Positions 12,501 to 23,585 of a stretch of DNA of 64,000 nt are shown piece by piece. Source of the DNA: Sarea resinae (taxonomy: Eukaryota); assembly GCA_026026165.1 (NCBI GenBank), contig JAPEUD010000001.1, forward strand, positions 744,001-808,000, written 5' to 3'. Under the pieces are notes generated by a model. The model worked only from the letters and a program-made list of their open reading frames with translations, made no database searches and was not told the origin of the DNA. Made by a program: the position numbers and the translations under genes. Each line of letters begins with the position of its first letter. Position 1 is the stretch's first letter.

Positions 12501-13078
12501 AGGGCTTGTCTGGTCATCGAAGAACTGGGAGGACTTCTTCGGACGCTTATGCGCGGTCGAGCATGGCGGCAGATCTGAAATTGTGTAGAGTTGCGGACGG
12601 GCTAGCGCATCTGTGTTGGTGTAGGCGGGGGGCGCATCGAGGGTAGAGGAAGTATATGACGGTGGAGGCGTCTTTTCGAGTACTGGGCAATATTGGCCGA
12701 GGGGATCTGAAGTTATCAAGTCACTCAGGATATTGATCCAGCCGTACTGTATCTATCATTTGACGTTAGATCGATCAAGCACTATGCGTGGAAGAAGCTG
12801 CCGGCGTATATGGGGGCCATGAGAAGACGGACCACGAGCCAGTCTCAATGATTATGGTGATGGATAAAAGCTCGTACCGGCATCGAAACCTCATCAGGAA
12901 TTCCCGAATATTTGGATTTTGCGTCTACATTCTGCCAATGCCTTGATATCACGCCCTTCAATGTTTCAACCTCGCTTCCACGAACATCATCCCACCCAGT
13001 CTTTCGTCGCCGGATCCTTGGTTCCGGAAATGCGCTGTCGTGAGGACGACCGCGACACGCGATGGCCACGGCGGCCAT
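6550..13078 (-). CDS. Very large (~2,060 aa) low-complexity/disordered protein with WG + poly-Lys repeats, PE repeats and charged helical segments; 5 exons
   Basis: Minus-strand ORFs 12845-13123, 12039-12719, 8462-11983, 8314-8505 and 6550-8241 join in frame through canonical introns (~12753-12877, ~11996-12047, ~8454-8511, ~8236-8340), each with a CTRAY branch site. Start ATG 13078 is inferred; ends GSWWKKIAGV*. Confidence 0.8.
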
Positions 13079-15270
13079 TATCGAAGCTGAATACGGACGT
13101 GTAAGATGGAATCGCGTCTGCAATCATGAGAACAGCTGAAGAAGGAAGCTTGGGATCGACGAGGGAACGCAGATATGCGGGTTGGCCGGGATGGGTGAAG
13201 AACGAAGGAAAGTCAAAAAGCCTGCCCCGAAAGAGAAGATGTGTGCTGAAAGCTCAAGCTCAAAGCAAGGGCAAAAGATGGGGATCGGATCTGTCCGGTC
13301 CAGCGTCGAGCACTGAGGATCACAAGGTCAACGAAGGAAGAAGGGCGCCAAGGCTCGGTGAGGATTTGGCTGCTTGCTCTGCTCTGCTCTGCTCTGCTTC
13401 ATCCGGAAGATGGAGGGTGTGAGAGTGCGAAGATTCCTTGCCCGTGGCCCCTGGCAGGCAAATCTGATCAACAGGGATGTCGAGGACGCTGAGAATGCTG
13501 AGTGGCTGCCGGCCGTAATCGATAATGAGAGGGAAGCGGGCTCCTTGCCTATCCCGTCCTCGTCTCGTCGCAACAGGTCGTACGTCGTGCTCGTACTGGA
13601 CGGTATCCCACAGTATCCCACAGTACTCGAGTATCCACCCCCCGTCAAAACCAAGGTCGTCCAATTCCACCTTGGAGAGGGTAGGGATGGATGAAGTAGT
13701 AGCAGCAGCGGATGGGAGAGTACGAAGTCGCAGCAGATAATATAATGTCCATGATTCCGATGTTGATGCTCGCTCGACCAACGGCCGCCATTGGGCTCCT
13801 GATCTATGCAGGGCTGCTCACCGCATCTACGCATTGCGCACATGGATGCATCGATTCCTGCAGCGATCTTTTCCATTTGACGGCCTCTGGAATGCCTCTG
13901 GACCCATCAGGACCCTTTACTGCAGTAGTAGCATGGAGTACTCTGTACGAAGAGGTACTCTGGGCAGGTAGGTACTTTACGGTTGATACACTAACACTGC
14001 CCGTGCCAGTGGCCCTGAGAGCTGGAGGGTCTGTGTGGTCTGTGTGGTCACGGTGGTCACGACGACGAGAAAGGTGGTGGTGGAGCCCGGGTCGTCATTG
14101 GCGGGTGAGCGGGCCCTAAAGCGGTTCCTCGTCGACTCTACTGCGCAGTGCTGCGACACACCCGTGGATGGATACTTCGGGAAGTAGGTCAGTCAGGGTG
14201 GTAGTGTGGTTGAATGGCCGCATCCGTGGATATCTGGTGCTCCACACCTGGCCCGCTCCGTGCCACCTAACCCTACCGAGTTTAAACATCTCTCTCCCTC
14301 TCTCTCTCTCCCCCCCCTCTCTCTCGCCTTCTGTACTGCATTGCCATGCTGCTGTTGGCCTTACCTTGGCGACCTTGGCTTCTTACTCGTGTACACAGTA
14401 GGTCTGCTGTATGTCGCGGCTTCGCTCTATCTGGCCGATGCAGGAACAACGTCAGTAGTGCCTCGGCCCCAGCAGGTACGAAGTGTCGGACTTCCATTGG
14501 CACGAGGTAGTCGATCACACCGAGGGAGATCCAGCCCCTCTTCATGCGACTGCGGTACTCGTGGAATCAAGTAGAGCAGAGTAGGGTAGAGCAGAGTACT
14601 CATGGTAGATGGCCGCCACGATGGATCATGGATGCCAGCAACACATCGACCATGCTCCTTTGAGGCATCAAGTGCTAACGGAAGGGAACTAAGTTGGAGG
14701 GAAGCATCCATGGCATCATAGGGCAGTACCTTGCCTTCCATGCCGACCTATCGAAGCCATCGAGACCACCTTCGACGGAGCGGCTTCATCGACCCCGTTC
14801 CATGAGGTGTCACCGCTTAGCTCAGACCGCTAGAACTGTTCGCCTCTCTGCGCCTTGCGCCTTCCATTGACACCTTACTTCATTCCTCTCAACATGCCTT
14901 AAACCTGTCTAGTAGTCGTCGAGGACCCAGTAATCCCGCAATCGTCGTTCCGTTCTCGAGGAGACGTTATGCGTGTCATGCTCTCCACGATAAGGCAATC
15001 ATGGATGGATCATGATGGTGATGATGATGGAGATGATACCCGATGAGCCTCGTGTGGAAATATGGTTGGGAATATGATGCAGGTCCACGTTGCAATTGCG
15101 CTGTAATACAGAAGACACCATGTACGCGGCCCGCCGAGGTTCGGTCTTGCGGATCAATAGATTAAGTCCAACGGCCCTACTGACTTGTTCCTTACAGCAC
15201 GCATCCTATGACTCCTAGATTGTTCCTTGCGCACTGCGGCGACAGAATACGTCTAGCCTATATGAAACAA

Positions 15271-18200
15271 TTACCCTCGGGAATCATCGAGCATCCACAG
15301 ACTGCCACAGAGACACATCCGATGCATAGACGACATCCAGACCGTCATGCCAATATGACCCATGATATCCTCCATATAAGAACAACATCTCGTGCATCGC
15401 CTCAGCCTCGTTCCCTTGGGCAGTGGCACTTTTTTCACCGCGTCCACCACATGTCTTCGCCGGTAATCGCGAGTTTCCTCGTCATCAATGAGACCTAGCC
15501 AGCTATGATTTGCAAAGTATAGGTCGGCCGGATCGACCTCATTTCGCAGTTTGTTGAGCATCGTAGTTAAGAGACGCTCTAATACTGGTGCTAGAGCCTC
15601 AGGAATATCGCCATTGTAGAGCAAGGACTTCTCTGCAAGCGCGCGATCCGCATCGCTAATACTCGAATGCTGATACGCTCCCCTAATGTCGTGGTCAATC
15701 TCGCCGAGAATACGCTCGAATTGCGAGACCTTTACCATGCTACCTTCGATGACGTTGGCAAGGCTCTTGAAAACCCGCCGTTGTTCGCCTTCGACGCCAG
15801 CCTGAAACCCTTTTTGGGCATTGCCCATCAGACCTCGAAGACACCGGCAATTGTACCTGAGGAATACGCGAGGGACGCTTGCAAGAACAAGATACAGTGC
15901 GGGCGAGTTCATTTTCGATACTGGAGAAATTTAGCCACAGTCTTGAATTTCATGAGCAATTTTTAGATTACCTTCACCCTCAACATACGACCTATCACCT
16001 GCATGACCCTTCACAGCGTCCGCGAGAGAAAATAATTCGTCGACAAGAAAATTCATCACATCGATTGACCATTTCACCACCCCGAGCAGAGAAAGGAGTG
16101 CATCTGGTAGCTTGGGTCAGCATTATCCACAGTTGAAAGACTGCCATGACTAACCAGGTCGTAAAACGTCATTCTCGTGCCCCGGCCCAGCGCCCTTGAA
16201 ATTGTTGAAAGAGAATGCAAAGGTCAAGGAAGTGAAACGGAGATTCAAGGTAACCCAGGCTATCTTTCCAAGAAGTGATCTTGGCTTCTGTGCGCCCTTG
16301 TACCCAAGAGAATTCTGAATACTAAGACAGCGCTGGATCATTGAATTTTTGAAAAGTTTCTCGTGTGCAGGATCGATCGAATAATCTACATTAATGCTGA
16401 GCGAACGGTATACGTAATAGAGAAATTCGTAATCAAAGTCTTGCTTGTCAGCCAATCGACCCTCAAGAATGGCGGCAGAGTAGGGAACATACTCTTAGTC
16501 GAATACTGCTGGACAATTGAGAGAATATCGTCATAGTTGTTGCTGTGTGTGCAAGAGCAGGCAAATTGCAGCGATAGAGAGATGATCATGGCTGAGAATT
16601 TGGCTACGCAATTTTCAGTCATCGCCAGGGAACAGTAAGTATGTTGAAACTTACGGTCGTCCATGGAATCTCCAGTTGGACCCAGCACATATCCCATCTG
16701 CTTCAGACGCAAGTCACCATCTGCGTCCCTTGTAACAGCAAGGCACGTATTTGGCGACAGTGCTATATGCAGGCCTGAGTCACACATCAGCCGCCCGTTC
16801 GCAAGATCGATTGGAATTGACTTACAAGAATCATCCACGGGAAAAGCAAACCCAGCCTGTGACATGCTAGAGATAGTGTCCCAGTCCTCGTTCGCAGTAA
16901 TCAGGTTCATTGATTCTCGATCATAGAAATCTATTGAGCCATCGCTATGTGCTAGAGCAATTGTTGTATATAGATTCAGTTGCTGAAGAGAAAGCACAAT
17001 TTTCGGGATGGTGAAGTCTTCTAGTCTCTTGAGACTAATACTTTGCTAAAGATAATCTTAGTCGAGCTCCATACTGCGGGTCTGAGAATGCACACTTCTT
17101 TCAATGGACCAACGCTGTTCTTCTTTGAAGCCAACTGGTCAAAGCTTTGGTGTAGATTCTGTGAAGAGGAACAGAGCTCCCACCTCGAAACAATGCTGAA
17201 CGGCTCCTGTGACGATTGCAGATCAAGGGGGCCGGGCGCGTAGGAGAAGATTGCCATGATCATTGGATGTTTTGATTCGCGCTGATTGAGTTCGGGCGAC
17301 GCTGGGATGAAATCCAGAAAGGATAACTGGGCGGCGGGATTGTCAACGAGCTCAAAATTTCGAAAGCCATCCCCACCAGCAAAACCACTCTGCGGGCTAC
17401 AATGATTTTCAAATCGGATGGGATGTACTATAAGCGATGGTGTTGGAAGGGGAAGACTAATTGGTAAGTGCCTTTGGCCTGGGGGAAGGTTCCAGTTGAC
17501 TTGAACGCGATATGTTCGAAGACTTCGAGAGAAGTTGTGAGTGACAAGGAGTAAAGAGCCGTCTGATGAACTGGTTAAGAATAACAGAAAATAACTTCGC
17601 TGGGACGACCTCACGTACCCCTGTCCGAGCAAATGGAAGCGTGGGTGAGCAGATCTTTAGAGGAGCCTATGCTTTCCAGTTCCGTGTTCACCTCTTGCCA
17701 GCTGGAATCAGGTGCAGGCAACTGATACAGCAGCCGTAAAGTTCCATCCCTCGTTACAGCCACGAGAGCAGATTTGTTAGCCGGATGGTGAGTTCCAGGG
17801 GGCTTGTAAGTCGTCACCGAATACTTCCAACTGCCTTCTCTCTTTTCGACTGGTTTGTAAAAGGGGGTCTGTCCGACTGAGTCAGCGGTGGTCAACGAGC
17901 GTTAGTATTGAGGCTGGAATTCTACCAGGCGATCCGGACTTAGCCATGACATTCCCGTCACGGCATTCAGGTCATCCATCTGTTCGGCTGAGCTGTGGCG
18001 GGAGACGCTGATCCGATTGATGGCTACATATACCGAGTACACTGAGATGCGGCCATAGACATCCACGACGGCCAGGTCAGTGCCGTTGTGGTTCCACATC
18101 AAATGAGATATCTGTAGACCGTCTTGGAAAGTCGAGGCAACCGGGAATTCCCGACTCAAGGTCCATTTCCCGTCCTCTGGCCTACAAAGAAGGTTGCGCA

Positions 18201-18469
18201 AAACGACACGACTACCGTCCCGAGACGTGTAGGCTATGCATCCCATTTTCGACCAGGCAAGCTTCCTATGATCCCGTCAGCTCCCACGGCGCTTCTCGGG
18301 ATCCCCAACCGGTTTTCAGGCTGGCTCACTGGCAGCAACCATTGAGTCGCAGTTCATCGAGCCTTGCAAGGAGCCCCCTCGGTAAGGCTGCTGGATTCAG
18401 ATGCAACTGTTGAGCATCACCGAAGAGGTCCTCCATATCTAGCGGATCGTCGTCCATCATTAAGGGCAT
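15271..18469 (-). CDS. MED16: Mediator complex subunit 16 (Sin4), multi-exon
   Basis: N-terminus MPLMMDDDPLDMEDLFGD..RLDELRLNGCCQ|KLAWSKMGCIAY; WD-like LMWNHNGTDLAVVDVYGRI; C-terminal RRCTRCC..RMCLCGSLW. The exons join in frame at GT..AG boundaries. Confidence 0.9.
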
Positions 18470-19714
18470 GACAGCTCCCGAGCGAGACCCTTGTGTCACG
18501 GATACGCCAAAGACAACTCTTCACACTCCGGTCTATGTGGCGAGTGAGTCGATGGAAGAAGTTACGAGCCGGGACATGACTAGCCGGCGCAAAGCAGGCA
18601 GCAGCAGCTTCTTCAATTCTAAGAGACCGCTTCTTCTGGAGATAGTGAATATGAATTGGGCCCTTGGGCTGTCCCAGCCAGCTACTTGAAGTAGAGGTGC
18701 GTGATGTTACTTGACCAGGAGTATCTCTCAGCCGAGACTGCCGTTGGAGAGTACCTCGGTGCAAGTAACCTCGTCTTTGGCTTAGGGCTGTATGGGGTAA
18801 TTCAAGCGACAAGCCATCGACAAGGACTCCCGTCAAGAATGGCCTGGCGCCCGCCCTGTCTGGCCGTCGTCCATTCCTCCAGCTTGCACGCCAGTTCCTT
18901 CCCTTCCTCCACCAACCTTGCCCTCCTCAAGGGCTAGCTTAGGGTTAGAATAGAGTGCCATTCCTCATGTCCAGGGCCTCATTCTATCTCCAAAACAACT
19001 GCATCTCCAGTCTGAAATACTGCCATCACTACTGCGCCGTGGGCGACCCTTACTTGAAATATGCAAGAAGTATCACATCGAGGGCTGAAGCCAAGAAAGG
19101 CACCAAACGACGATCAAGGGGCATTGGACGCCGAGGGGAGATGGAGAAAGTGGAGGAATTCATCACAGATGCATCGTTGGCTTCCAAGTCAAGTGCTCCG
19201 TTCCATGTGTTCGGCCAGCGCCTCCTGCTGTTCATGCTTGTCGTGATAATCCACGATCCTGTAAAGCTGTCAACAATCTACCTCGGACCTCCCTCATCAA
19301 AATAAACAATGAGAACAGGTACGATATACAGTCCACCCTCGCAATCGATGACTCGCCTAATCTCGAGACGGTGAATGTACTCGAGTACTCGTAGTACTCC
19401 GTAGAGTGTGAAGTACTACTATGTAAGTACTGCGCAGTATCACCAGGCGCTACTACCGACGTTAGCTGACGACCGGTGAATCGTCCACATTGCGGCTCTA
19501 TCTACCATCTATCTACCTCACTCCTTCCCTCCCCCTCTTCCTCTCCCTGCTCCTCTTCCAAATCCAAACATCCGACCAGAAACTTCAAGACTCCCATCTT
19601 CACCACAGCGTTCGTAGCATTCCGCCGACTCAATCTGAATGTGATCGTTATTGCTTTCCCGAACCACGGAGCCGACGATTCATTCAGTCTTCCGACGAGC
19701 TGGAGACTGCTGCC

Positions 19715-21653
19715 ATGGACGCCGACAGCGACTCTGGTTCCTCCGGATTGAGCTCGCCCCCGTCGCGTTCTCCATCGCCTCCCGCTTCTTTCTACCCTTC
19801 TCCACCGTCCTCGCAGTATCTCCCTGGGGATTCGCCTCCTGCGATCGCGGTCGAATCGCTCCCCGAGTCTGCCGAGAGGGATGGACCTCCGCCCGCGAAG
19901 AAACGAAGGGTGACTGAGCCGAAGCCGCGAACGACTGAATATTTAGATCTGCGATCACCGTATGAACCACAGGACGCCAGCCAGAAGGCGCAATTGGATC
20001 TCTTGTTGAAGGTCTTGAGGAAGAAACGGAAAATTGTGGTCATTGCAGGCGCCGGTATTTCCGTGTCCGCTGGAAGTACGACTTTTCCATCTCCCTGGTG
20101 TCGCATTCGCTAACACTTCTATAGTTCCCGACTTTCGTTCGTCGACTGGGCTATTCACGACGCTCCGCAGCCAACATAATCTCAAGGCTTCTGGCAAGCA
20201 TCTCTTCGATGCCTCGGTTTACAGGACTGGTTCCTCCACATCGTCATTTCACGACATGGTTCGCTCGCTCTCTCAACTCATTTCGAATGCTCGTCCGACT
20301 GCCTTCCATCACCTATTGGCCTCGCTGGCGCATCAAGGCCGTTTGATGCGGCTCTACTCTCAGAACGTGGATGGCATCGACACCTCCCTGCCTCCGTTAG
20401 CTACAGCAATCCCCTTGACCCCCAAAGGCCCTTGGCCCCGGACGATCCAGCTTCACGGTGGTCTCGAGAAAATGGTCTGTCAGAAATGCAGCCATCTTTC
20501 CGATTTCAATGCTGCCCTCTTCGAAGGCCCAGACCCGCCTTCCTGTACAGCATGCGAGGAGCTGGACTCTGTGCGTACGACAATTGCAGGAAAGAGAAGT
20601 CACGGAATTGGAAAGCTCCGACCAAGGATCGTGCTCTATAATGAGTACAACCCAGATGAAGAAGCTATTGGAGCTGTCACTACGGCAGATCTGAGGAGTC
20701 GGCCGGATGCCGTCATTGTTGTGGGTACGAGCCTTAAGGTGCCCGGCGTCAAGCGCATTGTGAGAGAAATGTGCGGCGTTGTAAGAGGCCGAAGAGATGG
20801 CGTTGCAATATGGATCAACAACGGGCCAGAACCGTCCGGCAAAGAGTTTGAGAACTGCTGGGATTTGGTCGTGAGAGGTAGTTGTGAAGACGTTGCTGAT
20901 CACGCCGCGATGCTGAAGTGGGATCAAACAGACGACCTCGGCGAATATAAAGAGTGCTCAAGTGCAGAGGTCAAGAAGGTGAAGAGCGAAGCAGGTGGAA
21001 TTGAGGTCGTGGTTCAAAGATCGAGTAAACCTGAGGGCTTCAAACCGGACAAGGGTGTCTTGACACCAGTAGGGAGCCCTCGTCTCCAGTCCGCTGTCAC
21101 AGATGCTGCGGATAAGGTGGCCGTCAAGCCGATAGTCGAACCAGATGCTCAGACGATTGAGGTCGCCACGAATACCAATCCAGCCAGCAAAGGAGTCTCA
21201 ATATCTAAGTTGTTGAAAAAACAGCCAAAAACGTCGGGAACCTCCAAGCCGAGAAAGAAGCCTGCGAAAAAGTCTTCTTCTGCCTCTTTCGTCAAATCCG
21301 CTGGCGCTAAGATCAACAACGCCTTCAGAGTTACAAAGTCTACAACTGCAAAATCCTCAACTACGAAGCCGGCATCAAAGCCTGCCGCGGTTTCTGTCCC
21401 GAAGACAAAGCCCGATCCACCCTCGACCAGTACTAACAAAGCTCGCACGCAAACGAGAAAACCCATATCGACATTTCCGAATATGGGAAAGTTTGCTCTA
21501 CCCAGAATGGTTTCCTCTGCAGCAACAGCTACCACTGTCGGTCCTTCCACTCCAGCGGCCAAGGCCGAGAAAGAGAATCATCAACTCCGTGACGCGATCG
21601 TCTCGCCAACGGGATCTCTACCAGCGAGCCTTGCGAAGATCATGAACGCCTGA
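19715..21653 (+). CDS. HST4: Sir2-family NAD-dependent deacetylase, Hst3/Hst4 class, 2 exons
   Basis: IVVIAGAGISVSAG|IPDFRSS (intron 20076-20124), YSQNVDGID, QLHGGL, CQKC..CTAC zinc site, LRPRIVLYNE, VVGTSLKVPG; long Lys/Ser/Pro-rich tail. Confidence 0.9.
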
Positions 21654-22595
21654 CTCAATTCGAATCGAATCCATTCAGCATGCAATAGCCCTTCGCACAA
21701 AAGGCATTTACGTTTCCTGTCACTGTCACTCTAATTATTTTCGAATGTGGGCCTCGTGCCTGCTGTATTGGAGTTGTTACTTTCCTTGGGTAATGAACCA
21801 CCTACTGTTTACTACTCGGGATCACAGCACCTAGTTGTCTCCTATACCATACCAAAAAGGCGTCAGGAGTCGGTTAGTCTGGTCGGTATACACGGTCACA
21901 TTCGCAGTTCCGATCATTTCATTAGGTTTTCTTTATAGAGCCCACTGTCAGCACTTTTGTATTGGCAGGCCTAGCCTCAGCTTTCTCGTGTTTGTGGGCT
22001 TCAGGAATTGGCCAACAGGGTTGTTAAGGATAAATTCTATTAAGTCAAGGCGCTGGCATGATTAAATTAAAGTTATTTCATCTTTCACAGTGATTTCACC
22101 CTCTCGTGAATAAACCGTAAGGTACAGTACTGTAGTCATATACGCTCCAAAACACGGTCTCTAGTTCCCAAGCTCGGCTTTTGCAACCTACTCAAAACTA
22201 GGCTCCTGGCCAGGTGACCAGACCTCTTCTGTGCTGGCTGATAGCAGGCGGGTTTCTCATTTGCACTCCAATAGCCTTTCCGGCTGGAATGAACGGTGGT
22301 GTTGATTTTATGGATGAGATACGCACGGCGGGACCCGGTTGAATTAGTTGATCAATTTAGTCTTTCTCAATTGTGGCGAGTGTTGGAAGGTGGTGGGATG
22401 CCATCCAAAGCCCATCAAGACGTAGTGCTGATGCTGTTGAGCTTTGCCTATCAGATTGAAGAGTCACACGAGTATCATATGGCCAAAGGCAATAGCAATG
22501 GCAATTTATCAAGTAGATTGCGAGGTCAATATGATGTTCCTCCACTCCATTAACGCCACACTGGTTTTGACCTCAACGCCGGATCCGTGGTCGAA

Positions 22596-23374
22596 TTATC
22601 TCCGTGGACCTAAAGGTGCCAGACCAGGAACACCGCTATATCTTTCCTCTCTCTCCGTCTTGAACATGACCTGAACCCAGAACTCCTTGTTATCCTCGTC
22701 GAACCAATTCCAAAACATGCCCTCTCTCCGATCCACCTCTCGCGCCTGTAACTTGAAGCCACACGTCTCGTAAGGCTCGGCGGCCACAAGCAGATACTGG
22801 AAGTTTTTATCTGGCGGCTCGTCCACCTTCTGCTCGAAGGCCGACATGAACCGCACTCGAGGAACCACTCCCGGCGTGATCTCGGGATACTGCAGCTGGA
22901 AAAGCAGGCCGTGCTGCCTCGTCAGCGGATCGCGCGTCTTTGTGATCTTATAACCCGGCCGACCGATCTTGACGACGTTCCGCTTGACCGCGACCTGCTG
23001 GCCCAGCACCCCTGGAGCGAGTCCATCTTGTTGGGCCCGGCCTTCCTTTTGCTCGCGCGCGGCGCGGCGAGCCAAATTCGTTTGGTGCTTGCGGCCCTGC
23101 GTGTGGGCGAGGTAGGACCCGTCGTTTTGGTGCACCGTGAGACAGAGCCGGCACTCGAAGGACCCGACATGGTTCTTGAAGAAGTACGGGTCTTTGTCGA
23201 GATCGATGTGTTCGAGGGCGAGCTTGCGCAACCGTTCGCGCCGGTCCGCGTTGGTCGAGGATTGCGAGGCTACGCCACCGCCGCCGAATTTGGAACCTGC
23301 GCGGTTCTGAGGACGACAGTTAGTGAGCTTGACTCAGAGAGAGGTAGAGAGAGTTATCTTACTTGATAATCCAT
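22596..23374 (-). CDS. SF3A2: Splicing factor 3A subunit 2 (SAP62/Prp11), 2 exons
   Basis: MDYQ|NRAGSKFGGGGVAS; RRERLRKLALE; U1C-type zinc finger FECRLCLTVH..YLAHTQGRKHQTNL; KIGRPGYK, RFMSAFEQ and AAEPYET motifs. Confidence 0.95.
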
Positions 23375-23585
23375 GACTACCGGAAGAGTTGGAGATGAAG
23401 GCAACTGGTGGATGTGGAGCTGAGATCCAAGTCAAGTGTAGATCGCATTTCGATAAAGCGATGCAAACCGCGCTGGAGGTCTATCTGGGCTACCGGAGCA
23501 GCATTCTTGGGATATCACAATCGCAACTTCACGAAATAATTGGATGATAAGCCAGAAGTGATAATTGCAGAGCAGTGGTTTGAAC

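Noticed and set aside
18939..18948. TTAGGGTTAG telomere-like sequence
   Set aside because: Fewer than two units; better explained as the minus-strand CTAAC branch site.
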